Below are positions 1-7,288 of a DNA stretch of 64,000 nt, one piece after another. The notes under the pieces were generated by a model that searched no databases, was not told the origin of the DNA, and saw only the letters and a list, made by a program, of their open reading frames with translations. Numbering within the stretch: the stretch's first letter is position 1; the number at the start of each line of letters is the position of its first letter. Made by a program: the position numbers and the translations under genes. The stretch comes from an uncultured Rhizobium sp. (GTDB taxonomy: Bacteria > Bacteroidota > Bacteroidia > NS11-12g > UBA955): NCBI GenBank assembly GCA_964415065.1, contig CAYPYX010000010.1, forward strand, positions 864 through 64,863. Direction: 5' to 3'.

Positions 1-1427
1 ATTGTCAAAGTTAGAGTTGAAATTAAAGCAGATAAATCGGCTAGTTCTTTTTTCAATTGCTCTAAAAGGTCAATTCCTTTAAGTTGTTGGGTTAATAATT
101 CTAATTGCATTTCTAAGCCACCTTTGAGAACAAATAAATCATCAATTTTATCATCTCTTGTAGATTGACTTTCGAAAATTGCAATATCTAATTCTTTTTG
201 TTGTATGTTTAATTTCTCTTTCCACTCTGGCAACACTCCACGAAGTTCAACAAGTTTTCTTTCCTTGTTGAGTAGCAAGCCTTCAGATTCTTTTATTTGG
301 AGTTCAATTTCTTGCTTAAGCCTCTTGGCGTGTGTTCTTTCTTCATCGTCCGATAATGGTTGTTTACATAAAAAACAATGTCCTTCAGGAATATTATTTT
401 CAAGAGGGTTCAAGCATTGAGGACAATTTGTAAGGGTTAGCTCCCCCAAAACTTTCTTTGTCAGTATTGAGTTGTCAAGGTCTATAATTCTTTTTTTAAG
501 GGTGTCAATAAAGCTTCTAGAATCAATAATATCTAAGTCAAGTTGATAAACATCAGTTGTCAATTCCCTAAGTTTTTGTTTCAAAGGCATTAACTCTTTT
601 TGTATTTTCTCAACTCTTGTAGCTGATTTTTTTGCAATTTTAAGTGTTTTTGCTGCTTTTGTTTTGGTAATTTCAGCTTGTATTTTATCTAATTCAGCTT
701 TTAGTTTTTCAATTTCTTTGTTCAGGCCTTCAAATGTTGTTGCATTACCTGATCTTGAGTATAGTTTATTTAGGTTGTCAAATTCTCGTTTCTTTTCATC
801 ATAGTCTTTATTTGCTTTTCTTAATGTTAACCTGTCATTATATAGAGAATCGTCATAAATGCCTAATAACATTTCGGATATAGCAAGTCGAATAGCAGGT
901 AAGTCAAAATTTTCTCTCCTAAATAAACATTGAGTTGGCGAATCTTGGTCAATATAAATTAACCTTAAAAGCTGATGTATAGTAATATTATTGTCTGTCT
1001 CACTTCTGGTTTCTGTAAATGAAAGTGCCTTGAATAAAATATTTGTGTAACTCACTCTTTCGTCACTTTGTGAGTATGAAAATGTTTTCCAATTTATTGC
1101 ATCTGTTTTTGCTTCCTCAAAAGTTCCCCAAAAAATACTCATCGGTTGTTTTAAGAAAGTAGTAACTGTTCTCTTTAACGTATAAGTTGCGTTGTTTATA
1201 GAAACCTCAGCAAAAACTTCTTTGCATTTTAATGATTCCGCGTTCCAGTTATTGTAGTCCCCACCTAAAGCATAAAAAATGAAATTTGAAATGGTTGATT
1301 TACCTGAACTGTTTTTGCCACGAATTATATTAACACCTTTATGAAAAACTTCATCGTATGCAACTGAGCCTTGATGTGTCAAAACAACAAGTCGATTTAA
1401 AAATAGGTATGATTTATTTGGGGTCAT
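1..1427 (-). CDS. SMC/Rad50-like ABC ATPase (LmuB / ABC-3C ATPase-like), N-terminal 475 codons; 3' end lies beyond the window
   Basis: Absent from the ORF track because no stop lies in the window. My translation from ATG 1427..1425 stays open to position 1: MTPNKSYLFLNRLVVLTHQGSVAYDEVFHKGVNIIRGKNSSGKSTISNF... Walker A GKNSSGKST at 1293..1319, Q-loop-like YIDQDSP, then a long K/E/L-rich coiled coil with CPQC-x12-CFLC at 366..425. The ATG overlaps the upstream stop (ATGACCCCAAATAA). Confidence 0.85.
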   Translation of the reverse strand, partial: MTPNKSYLFLNRLVVLTHQGSVAYDEVFHKGVNIIRGKNSSGKSTISNFIFYALGGDYNNWNAESLKCKEVFAEVSINNATYTLKRTVTTFLKQPMSIFWGTFEEAKTDAINWKTFSYSQSDERVSYTNILFKALSFTETRSETDNNITIHQLLRLIYIDQDSPTQCLFRRENFDLPAIRLAISEMLLGIYDDSLYNDRLTLRKANKDYDEKKREFDNLNKLYSRSGNATTFEGLNKEIEKLKAELDKIQAEITKTKAAKTLKIAKKSATRVEKIQKELMPLKQKLRELTTDVYQLDLDIIDSRSFIDTLKKRIIDLDNSILTKKVLGELTLTNCPQCLNPLENNIPEGHCFLCKQPLSDDEERTHAKRLKQEIELQIKESEGLLLNKERKLVELRGVLPEWKEKLNIQQKELDIAIFESQSTRDDKIDDLFVLKGGLEMQLELLTQQLKGIDLLEQLKKELADLSALISTLTLT

Positions 1428-1923
1428 ATTTGAATTCTAATAGTCCAGTCCTAGCTTTCCAACCTTTGTCACCAAAGAGAGGTAAGTTAACTAAATCGCT
1501 TGTCACTAATTTTATTACATTCCCCTTTTGATTTGCTAAATCATTGAGTTTTGCTTTTAATGCTTCAGGTATTTCCTTGTCAGTTTTTTTGACTTTGTTT
1601 TTTGACAATAGTTTTGAATCAACAAAACCATAAGATGCAAGACATTTAATGGCTGAAAGTTGATACGTTTTCATTCTTTCAAAAATTTGCTTTTGGTCTG
1701 TAATTTCTTCGTATGGGTTCCTTTTTTCTTTAAAAATATTGTCTTTTAAATGCTTTAAATCTGAGGGGAAAGACATTTCTCTTACTAGGTTTGGGAAAGT
1801 TGTATAGAAATCCCAAATTCGTAATTTGTCAATATGAATTTCGTCCTCTTTGGCATATGAAAGAAGTTGAAGCATCCTGAAAATGCAATTGTATAAATCG
1901 AAGGCAGGATGATATACTAACAT
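1414..1923 (-). CDS. 169-aa helical protein, candidate middle component (LmuC / ABC-3C MC-like)
   Basis: Complete ORF. It starts 4 nt after the upstream stop and overlaps the ATPase start by 14 nt. No enzymatic motif seen. The role is inferred only from its position between the putative effector and the SMC-like ATPase. Confidence 0.7.
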   Translation of the reverse strand: MLVYHPAFDLYNCIFRMLQLLSYAKEDEIHIDKLRIWDFYTTFPNLVREMSFPSDLKHLKDNIFKEKRNPYEEITDQKQIFERMKTYQLSAIKCLASYGFVDSKLLSKNKVKKTDKEIPEALKAKLNDLANQKGNVIKLVTSDLVNLPLFGDKGWKARTGLLEFKYDPK

Positions 1924-1927
1924 ATTT

Positions 1928-2497
1928 TTAAGTCCATTTAATATGACAATTACCAGTTAAAAAGTGTAGCATTCCATTTATGTCGTGAGCCGTAAATCCT
2001 AAATAGTTTTGGTCAAGTTCGTTTAATAAAGAATTTACAAGTCGCTCAGTTATCATTGAATTTATTAGTTGCTCATCTTCGCCTTTCTCCAATAATGGAT
2101 GAATTTCGTTTTCAAAATAGGAAATTACCAAACCTAATAAATGTACGTTAATTTGTTGTGCTGCCTCAGAAAATTGAAATTTATAGAGTTTTCTGTGGTA
2201 ACGTTCTTTTGCTTCAATGGCAAATTCAATAAATCCTTTTCTTCTATTTGCTGCTGTTAATTTTTCTTCAAGTCCAATTACATCATCTTTCTTTTTGTTG
2301 AAGTAGTAATCTAAATCTTCAATAAACGCAGTTAGTTGTTGATCGTTCTCTTGTTCTTGTTTAAACTTTTTAAGCAGAATGCCCATATAGGAAGATTTAG
2401 AGCCAGAAAACTCATAGTTTCTTGACTTGTCAATATTGCCAGCAGCAACGTCTCCGCCAATTTCGCTATTTTCAATAGATATTTTTTCGTGTGGCAT
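1928..2497 (-). CDS. 189-aa helical protein in the effector slot of the ABC-3C/Lamassu-like operon (function unknown)
   Basis: Complete ORF. The N-terminal tag is ISIENSEIGGDVAAGNI and the rest is helical, ending LTGNCHIKWT. No catalytic motif recognised. Tightly linked to its neighbours. Confidence 0.7.
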   Translation of the reverse strand: MPHEKISIENSEIGGDVAAGNIDKSRNYEFSGSKSSYMGILLKKFKQEQENDQQLTAFIEDLDYYFNKKKDDVIGLEEKLTAANRRKGFIEFAIEAKERYHRKLYKFQFSEAAQQINVHLLGLVISYFENEIHPLLEKGEDEQLINSMITERLVNSLLNELDQNYLGFTAHDINGMLHFLTGNCHIKWT

Positions 2498-2503
2498 TTA
2501 TTA

Positions 2504-2680
2504 TTATTTTTTTATGTCTCGTCCAGCAACATCACCACCAATTTTGCTGTCTTTAATATTTACTTTACCTGAGTTTTTATTGCTGGTCTTTTTCATTACA
2601 AATTTAAAGATTACTCCTGCTGCAGTAATTGTAGCAATAACAGCTAAAATTATTTGTGTTACGTTGTCGCTAAAGTTCAT
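2504..2680 (-). CDS. 58-aa single-pass membrane peptide (uncalled, below the track cutoff)
   Basis: My translation: MNFSDNVTQIILAVIATITAAGVIFKFVMKKTSNKNSGKVNIKDSKIGGDVAGRDIKK. ATG at 2680..2678 and TAA at 2506..2504, 6 nt before the next ATG. One TM helix followed by a tail that repeats the IGGDVA motif of the next protein. Confidence 0.6.
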   Translation of the reverse strand: MNFSDNVTQIILAVIATITAAGVIFKFVMKKTSNKNSGKVNIKDSKIGGDVAGRDIKK

Positions 2681-2832
2681 ATTTTAAATTGATTAAATTA
2701 TCTGTGTATGTTGGTTTGTTAAAATTACGGCTAACCTATTTATCTGTGCACCATTGCTTAAATAAATCCAAGCATTTAGCAAATATCCCAACCATTGTAA
2801 ATCTATACAATAAAAAAGGTAAATAAAAACGG

Positions 2833-2861
2833 TAATTATACCCTGTTTTAGGGTATAATTA
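2833..2861 (-). terminator. Hairpin downstream of the HTH_17 gene (putative Rho-independent terminator or operator)
   Basis: Perfect 12-bp stem taattataccct / agggtataatta with loop gtttt. On the minus strand it is followed by the T-rich run ccgtttttatttacctttttt. Confidence 0.5.
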
Positions 2862-2894
2862 ATAGTTGACGTTTAAATAGCATAGCATCTCGAA

Positions 2895-3260
2895 TTAATC
2901 TTCATCTTCCTTCAAGCTCACCATGGCTTGAATCATCCTTTGTATATCTTCCTGGAAAGAACTGACCTTCGGAATTTCAGGAATATGCATCAATCCTTTC
3001 ACTTGATTAACTGCAAAGTAATTCCGTTTATTGATTCTGGTAGGAGTTAGTTTGCCTGCTTTGATGTAATTATCCATGGTGCGTCGACTGACACGAAGCA
3101 TCGCCATCACGTCATAAGTGTCCACCCATTTTGAGGTGAAATCGTCAACAGGATTTTTCAAGCTGTTGATTTCGGCTTGCAAATTTGTGAGCATCGATTT
3201 CAATTCGATGAACTGCTCCAAATTGAAAGTTTTCTGCATTTTTTGCATCCATATCGACAT
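2895..3260 (-). CDS. Helix-turn-helix DNA-binding protein, HTH_17 / excisionase-like (mobile-element type)
   Basis: WVDTYDVMAMLRVSRRTMDNYIKAGKLTPTRINKRNYF matches the MerR-superfamily Xis-like HTH common in Bacteroidota integrative elements. Confidence 0.75.
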   Translation of the reverse strand: MSIWMQKMQKTFNLEQFIELKSMLTNLQAEINSLKNPVDDFTSKWVDTYDVMAMLRVSRRTMDNYIKAGKLTPTRINKRNYFAVNQVKGLMHIPEIPKVSSFQEDIQRMIQAMVSLKEDED

Positions 3261-3470
3261 TTTGAGTGTCAGAAATATGAAAACATTAATAACAAATGAA
3301 TTAGAGCTTAAAAGTTAACAAAATATGTGCAACAAATCACTTTGAGTATAAAGCATGAACATCAAAGGGTTTAGAATATCAAAAAAGTATAAAAATGAGA
3401 TACAAGCTCCAACAGCTTAAATTATTAGTTATATTTAGGTGTTATATCAGCCGTATACTTTCACTTCCAC

Positions 3471-4475
3471 TTAACTCAAAAGATAATTTCTTTTTGTTTG
3501 ATACATCATTAAGTAACCACGCTTATTTGCTTCAGTTAAGAACGAACGGTTTGTTAATACTTCCACGAATGGTTGTTTTTCCAAATACATGGACATTATT
3601 TTTTCGATTCTTTTTTCAGTAACCCCAATGCGTCTCCCAAATTCTTGAAAATCACTTTTATTCGGATGCATGCTTTTCTTATATTGATCGCTTTTAAAAT
3701 CATCGGCAAATAAACCTTTATCTAAAGCAAAATCAGAGTCATCAACATGCAATTTGGTATTCAACAAATCATAAATTGGGCTTAACAGGTAATCGCCTTT
3801 GGATGATTCTAGTAACGAGAAATTTTTCAAGTGCGCATCACCGTTTGAAAATAGAAAGTTGAATAAAACCAATGAAAAATACTTTTCAATTTCGACACGC
3901 CATGCTGATACATATTTTTGAATCAACAAGCCAGCTTCCTCATAACTGAAGTCATACTTAAAATTTGGTCCTGCGTTTTCACTGGTTTTTCCAGCTAAGG
4001 TTGCAAAATCTTCTTTGCCCCATTTTGAGCCATCGGCTTTTAAATCAAAGCGTTTAGTGATGTAAGCTGGCGAACCATTTTTGAAAAATACCATGGCGTT
4101 TTCTGCCGTGTTTAAGCCATATATTTGTTTGGCTATCTGCATCGTTAAATGTTCGTTGGCAGGAACTTGGTCAACTTTTTTTAAATCCCTAGGTATTGGC
4201 TTGAGGATGTATGTGCCTTGTTCTCCTTCCTTAGTTAATCGCAGTATGTTTTTCTCCAGAACAAAACTTAATTTTTCCTGTACACCCGATATGGAAATGC
4301 GCTTGCGATTTTCCATAAAAAGTTCGGCGACTTCTTCATTTTGCTGTGGCTGATCGTAAGACAAAACATGACTTACTTTTTTACCGTTAAATAAATTACG
4401 AAGGCAACTGGGACTGTATGTTGAAAAACCTTCAGCCAATTTTCCAGGACAATAGTGCAATTCTTTTAAATTCAT
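3471..4475 (-). CDS. hipT: HipA-family Ser/Thr kinase toxin lacking N-subdomain 1 (HipT-like)
   Basis: Gly-rich loop RISISGVQEKLS (4287..4295 encodes S61-I-S63) and catalytic motif NGDAHLKNFSLL. At 334 aa it is shorter than full HipA. Its ATG overlaps the upstream stop (ATGA at 4472..4475). Confidence 0.88.
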   Translation of the reverse strand: MNLKELHYCPGKLAEGFSTYSPSCLRNLFNGKKVSHVLSYDQPQQNEEVAELFMENRKRISISGVQEKLSFVLEKNILRLTKEGEQGTYILKPIPRDLKKVDQVPANEHLTMQIAKQIYGLNTAENAMVFFKNGSPAYITKRFDLKADGSKWGKEDFATLAGKTSENAGPNFKYDFSYEEAGLLIQKYVSAWRVEIEKYFSLVLFNFLFSNGDAHLKNFSLLESSKGDYLLSPIYDLLNTKLHVDDSDFALDKGLFADDFKSDQYKKSMHPNKSDFQEFGRRIGVTEKRIEKIMSMYLEKQPFVEVLTNRSFLTEANKRGYLMMYQTKRNYLLS

Positions 4476-4801
4476 ATTGACTTGATTGGTTTTACAGTAA
4501 TAGCACCAATTGTATCGTATTGTGCGGTGGCTGCAAGTAATCCAAAGTGATCTTCCTCGTCAATTCTCAATTGTATGCTTTGTAATTTTCTATTGACACC
4601 TTCACTGAGCATATTGAAAAAAAATGGGAATAAGAATTCGCTCCTGTATTCCTTTTGCGACTTCGGCAGTGTTAAGCTAATAGCAGGATTATTGTCGTCT
4701 ATTAAATACTTCTCGTCGTACTTAAAAATATACTGCTTTCGATTTTCTTCAATGAGCAGTCCTGCCAAAATGCCGTTGCGGTATATTTCTAATGTTCGCA
4801 T
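4472..4801 (-). CDS. hipS: HipA N-terminal domain protein (HipS-like)
   Basis: 109 aa. MRTLEIYRNGILAGLLIEE...YIFKYDEKYL...AISLTLP matches the N-terminal coupling subdomain of HipA, here encoded as a separate gene just upstream of the kinase. Confidence 0.82.
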   Translation of the reverse strand: MRTLEIYRNGILAGLLIEENRKQYIFKYDEKYLIDDNNPAISLTLPKSQKEYRSEFLFPFFFNMLSEGVNRKLQSIQLRIDEEDHFGLLAATAQYDTIGAITVKPIKSI

Positions 4802-4804
4802 TTA

Positions 4805-5014
4805 TTAAGGTTTCTTTTTTACTTGAAAGGTGAGTTCCATTCCCAATACTTCAGCTAATTTATTGATCACATCTAACGAGGGATTACCTTGTCCCTTCTC
4901 TAATTTGTACAAGGTATTAATGCTGATTTGAGCCAATTCAGCCAAGTGAGGTTGGGTTATTTCCAGATCCTTACGTCTGTTTTTAATGACTTTGCCTAAG
5001 TCCGTTGCTAACAT
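4805..5014 (-). CDS. hipB: XRE-family helix-turn-helix transcriptional regulator (HipB-like)
   Basis: 69 aa. LGKVIKNRRKDLEITQPHLAELAQISINTLYKLEKGQGNPSLDVINKLAEVLGMEL is a canonical Cro/C1 HTH. First gene of the three-gene module. Confidence 0.9.
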   Translation of the reverse strand: MLATDLGKVIKNRRKDLEITQPHLAELAQISINTLYKLEKGQGNPSLDVINKLAEVLGMELTFQVKKKP

Positions 5015-5147
5015 TATAATGTGATTTATGAGTCAAAGCTACAAATTTTAATTTAAATACACAATAAAATCACAATATAGTGTGATATTATTGTAACTAA
5101 TCGACAATCAAAGTATAGATACATGCAAAATCACATTATAATGTGTG
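5009..5147. promoter_or_regulatory. Three ATCACA-N6-TGTGAT-type palindromic operators in the hipBST promoter region
   Basis: Site A is acattataatgtgat at 5011..5025 and overlaps the hipB ATG. Site B is atcacaatatagtgtgat at 5069..5086. Site C is atcacattataatgtg at 5130..5145, whose core cacattataatgtg is a perfect palindrome. Centres are about 60 bp apart. Confidence 0.55.
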
Positions 5148-5227
5148 TTGTCCATTCTCACCCATCTCATTATTTTTTCAAGCACCCAATCCCCAATTAA
5201 TTAAATCACTTCAATTAATATTTTTAA

Positions 5228-5911
5228 TTAATTCACAGTTGCTGATTTTGCTTGAAAAACTAGGAAATCAGTATTGCCTCCAGTGCCGAATACGCTAATG
5301 TTGCCTTTGACTAATTTGGGTTTTTTACAAGCCATACAACCCATTTTAACAATGCATTGAGCGCTTATAGTTTGGCCACTTGTTATTGCTGATACATCGC
5401 AATCTGCATTAGGTTCAGAAGAAGCGGATGCATCACAATCACAAACTATTTTAGCATCACCCTCCGAACCAGAAGAACCACCCGATCCCAATTCTGAACA
5501 GACGCGTAACCCTAAATCGGTTTTGAAATAAAGGATATACCAATTGAACTGAGAATCAATGGAATAACTAAAATTTGAATTGTTATTTTCATCCATCTGT
5601 ATGGATTTCCAATTTGAAAAAATATGAGAGGTTTGCAAAATGGAGCCAATTGTGGTAGACTTAGAAATCGAAGCGTTGCCGAATTGATCATAAGTTAGCG
5701 AAATGGTGATTTTTTCAGTCGGATTTTCGCTATTCATAGCAGAAAATTGATGTATTTGACCCGGACTGTACCAAGCGCTATTCGGTGATTCTTTAGAAAA
5801 GGAACTAATAAAAAATAGTACTGGTATCAAAAGATACTTACTTGTTTTTTGATTGGAAGTAATCATTTTAATGCGGTTCATAGAAGCGAATTTGCTGATG
5901 GATTTTTTCAT
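5228..5911 (-). CDS. Hypothetical secreted protein with a Cys-rich C-terminal region
   Basis: Complete ORF with an N-terminal hydrophobic segment. No family recognised. Confidence 0.55.
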   Translation of the reverse strand: MKKSISKFASMNRIKMITSNQKTSKYLLIPVLFFISSFSKESPNSAWYSPGQIHQFSAMNSENPTEKITISLTYDQFGNASISKSTTIGSILQTSHIFSNWKSIQMDENNNSNFSYSIDSQFNWYILYFKTDLGLRVCSELGSGGSSGSEGDAKIVCDCDASASSEPNADCDVSAITSGQTISAQCIVKMGCMACKKPKLVKGNISVFGTGGNTDFLVFQAKSATVN

Positions 5912-6038
5912 ATTATTTTTTTACTACGTCAAGTTCATTAGGATAAGTGTTAAACGAATATAAGTGATTGATTTTTTGTGATATTTTATAATCCTCCCCA
6001 GTTGTTAGACCTAAAAGTTAGTGATGGTAAGCTCATAT

Positions 6039-7007
6039 TTATTCATTCTTAATAAATTTACCTTTAAATTCTTTATTGTCTTTGAATAGAATGATTTGAT
6101 ATATTCCTTGGGGAAGATTGGTTATATTTATTTGATTTTCAAAAGTTACATCAACAACAAGTTGACCAACTGAGTTGTAGATTAAGGCATTTCCAGAAGA
6201 CATACCACGTACCTTCAAAATATTGTTTGTGGGATTAGGGAAAAGCACCGTATGCTGATCACTTATTTCATCAAACGATACACTCCTAATGGTGTCAATT
6301 AAATCGATTATTTCGATTTCATCGCAGTAGTTCTTAATATTCAAATAGTTAAAAGATTCAGTTGCCGCAAATACAACCATTTGATCCTTGTTGCAAACAG
6401 AAATTAATTCTTGCCAAAATGGCGAATTGTGTCTTATAATTCTAAAAGGTATAAGACCATAATTAGACCCTATTCCTTGAGATGCAGAAAATGGTAAAGT
6501 TACTCTGTTATATCCAGATGAAAGAACCGTATAATATTGTGTTCTTCTTATTTGATTGTCGTGGTACTTAACATTTTTAACACTATCAACCAGCAATTGC
6601 CCGCTTGCTGAATGATTGATTTTGAACGTATCGCCTGCGTTCAAGTTAAAATTATAGATAATTAAATTCTTGACTTCAAAAGAATCATCATATGCATTAT
6701 ACAACGTGCCACTAAAAAATACTGTATCTCTTTTCACTTTTAAGAAATATACGTACGATCGCTGGTTCCAATTCCAATCTTTAGATTCATATAAAACTTT
6801 ATAAAAAGTTTCCATTGAGTTTGCGGAATCCAATAGCACAAGTTCTTTTGAGTAAGACGCAAAACTCAACCCCGGTGTAAGTGAGTGAGCATCGCAGTAC
6901 GTATAATAGGTACTGCTATCTAAATAACTATATTGAGCATTTAAATTTTTGTTACAAATGAATGCTATACTAATGCTGAATAACAATTTTATGTATTTCA
7001 TATTCAT
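6039..7007 (-). CDS. T9SS type A sorting-domain secreted protein
   Basis: Signal peptide MNMKYIKLLFSISIAFICNKNLNA. C-terminus LFPNPTNNILKV...LPQGIYQIILF...GKFIKNE matches the Por secretion tail. Confidence 0.8.
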   Translation of the reverse strand: MNMKYIKLLFSISIAFICNKNLNAQYSYLDSSTYYTYCDAHSLTPGLSFASYSKELVLLDSANSMETFYKVLYESKDWNWNQRSYVYFLKVKRDTVFFSGTLYNAYDDSFEVKNLIIYNFNLNAGDTFKINHSASGQLLVDSVKNVKYHDNQIRRTQYYTVLSSGYNRVTLPFSASQGIGSNYGLIPFRIIRHNSPFWQELISVCNKDQMVVFAATESFNYLNIKNYCDEIEIIDLIDTIRSVSFDEISDQHTVLFPNPTNNILKVRGMSSGNALIYNSVGQLVVDVTFENQINITNLPQGIYQIILFKDNKEFKGKFIKNE

Positions 7008-7288
7008 GATGTTTTATTGGAATTAATTGATTACCGTTGAAATTCTACCCATTTCAATCTCTCTTGTTGAGTCATTCATATCGAGTAGCCACAATCAACA
7101 GTATACCTCCAATTCATAACATAGCTTCGCCACCTGAGCTACAAAAAATTAACTCATTACAAAAACATATCGAGTGGAAACCCAATAAAACAAATCTACT
7201 GATTAGAAATTTGAAAAATATAGTGACATGTCACTATATCCCCAGAAAAAATAGGACCGTTAAAAAAGATGAAATTCCAATTCAAACA

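Noticed and set aside
2427-2687. 86-aa plus-strand ORF covering the start of the 189-aa gene and the 58-aa peptide region.
   Set aside because: The minus strand here gives two well-formed, tightly spaced genes with a shared motif. The plus-strand product is a hydrophobic low-complexity mirror of them.
7118-7150. tRNA-like fragment on the minus strand (ttgtagctcaggtggcgaagcta resembles an acceptor/D-arm), considered as a possible att remnant marking the island edge.
   Set aside because: I could not fold an anticodon arm or T-arm downstream, and the D-stem has a mismatch. Island att sites normally duplicate the tRNA 3' end, not the 5' part. The resemblance rests on about 10 nt.
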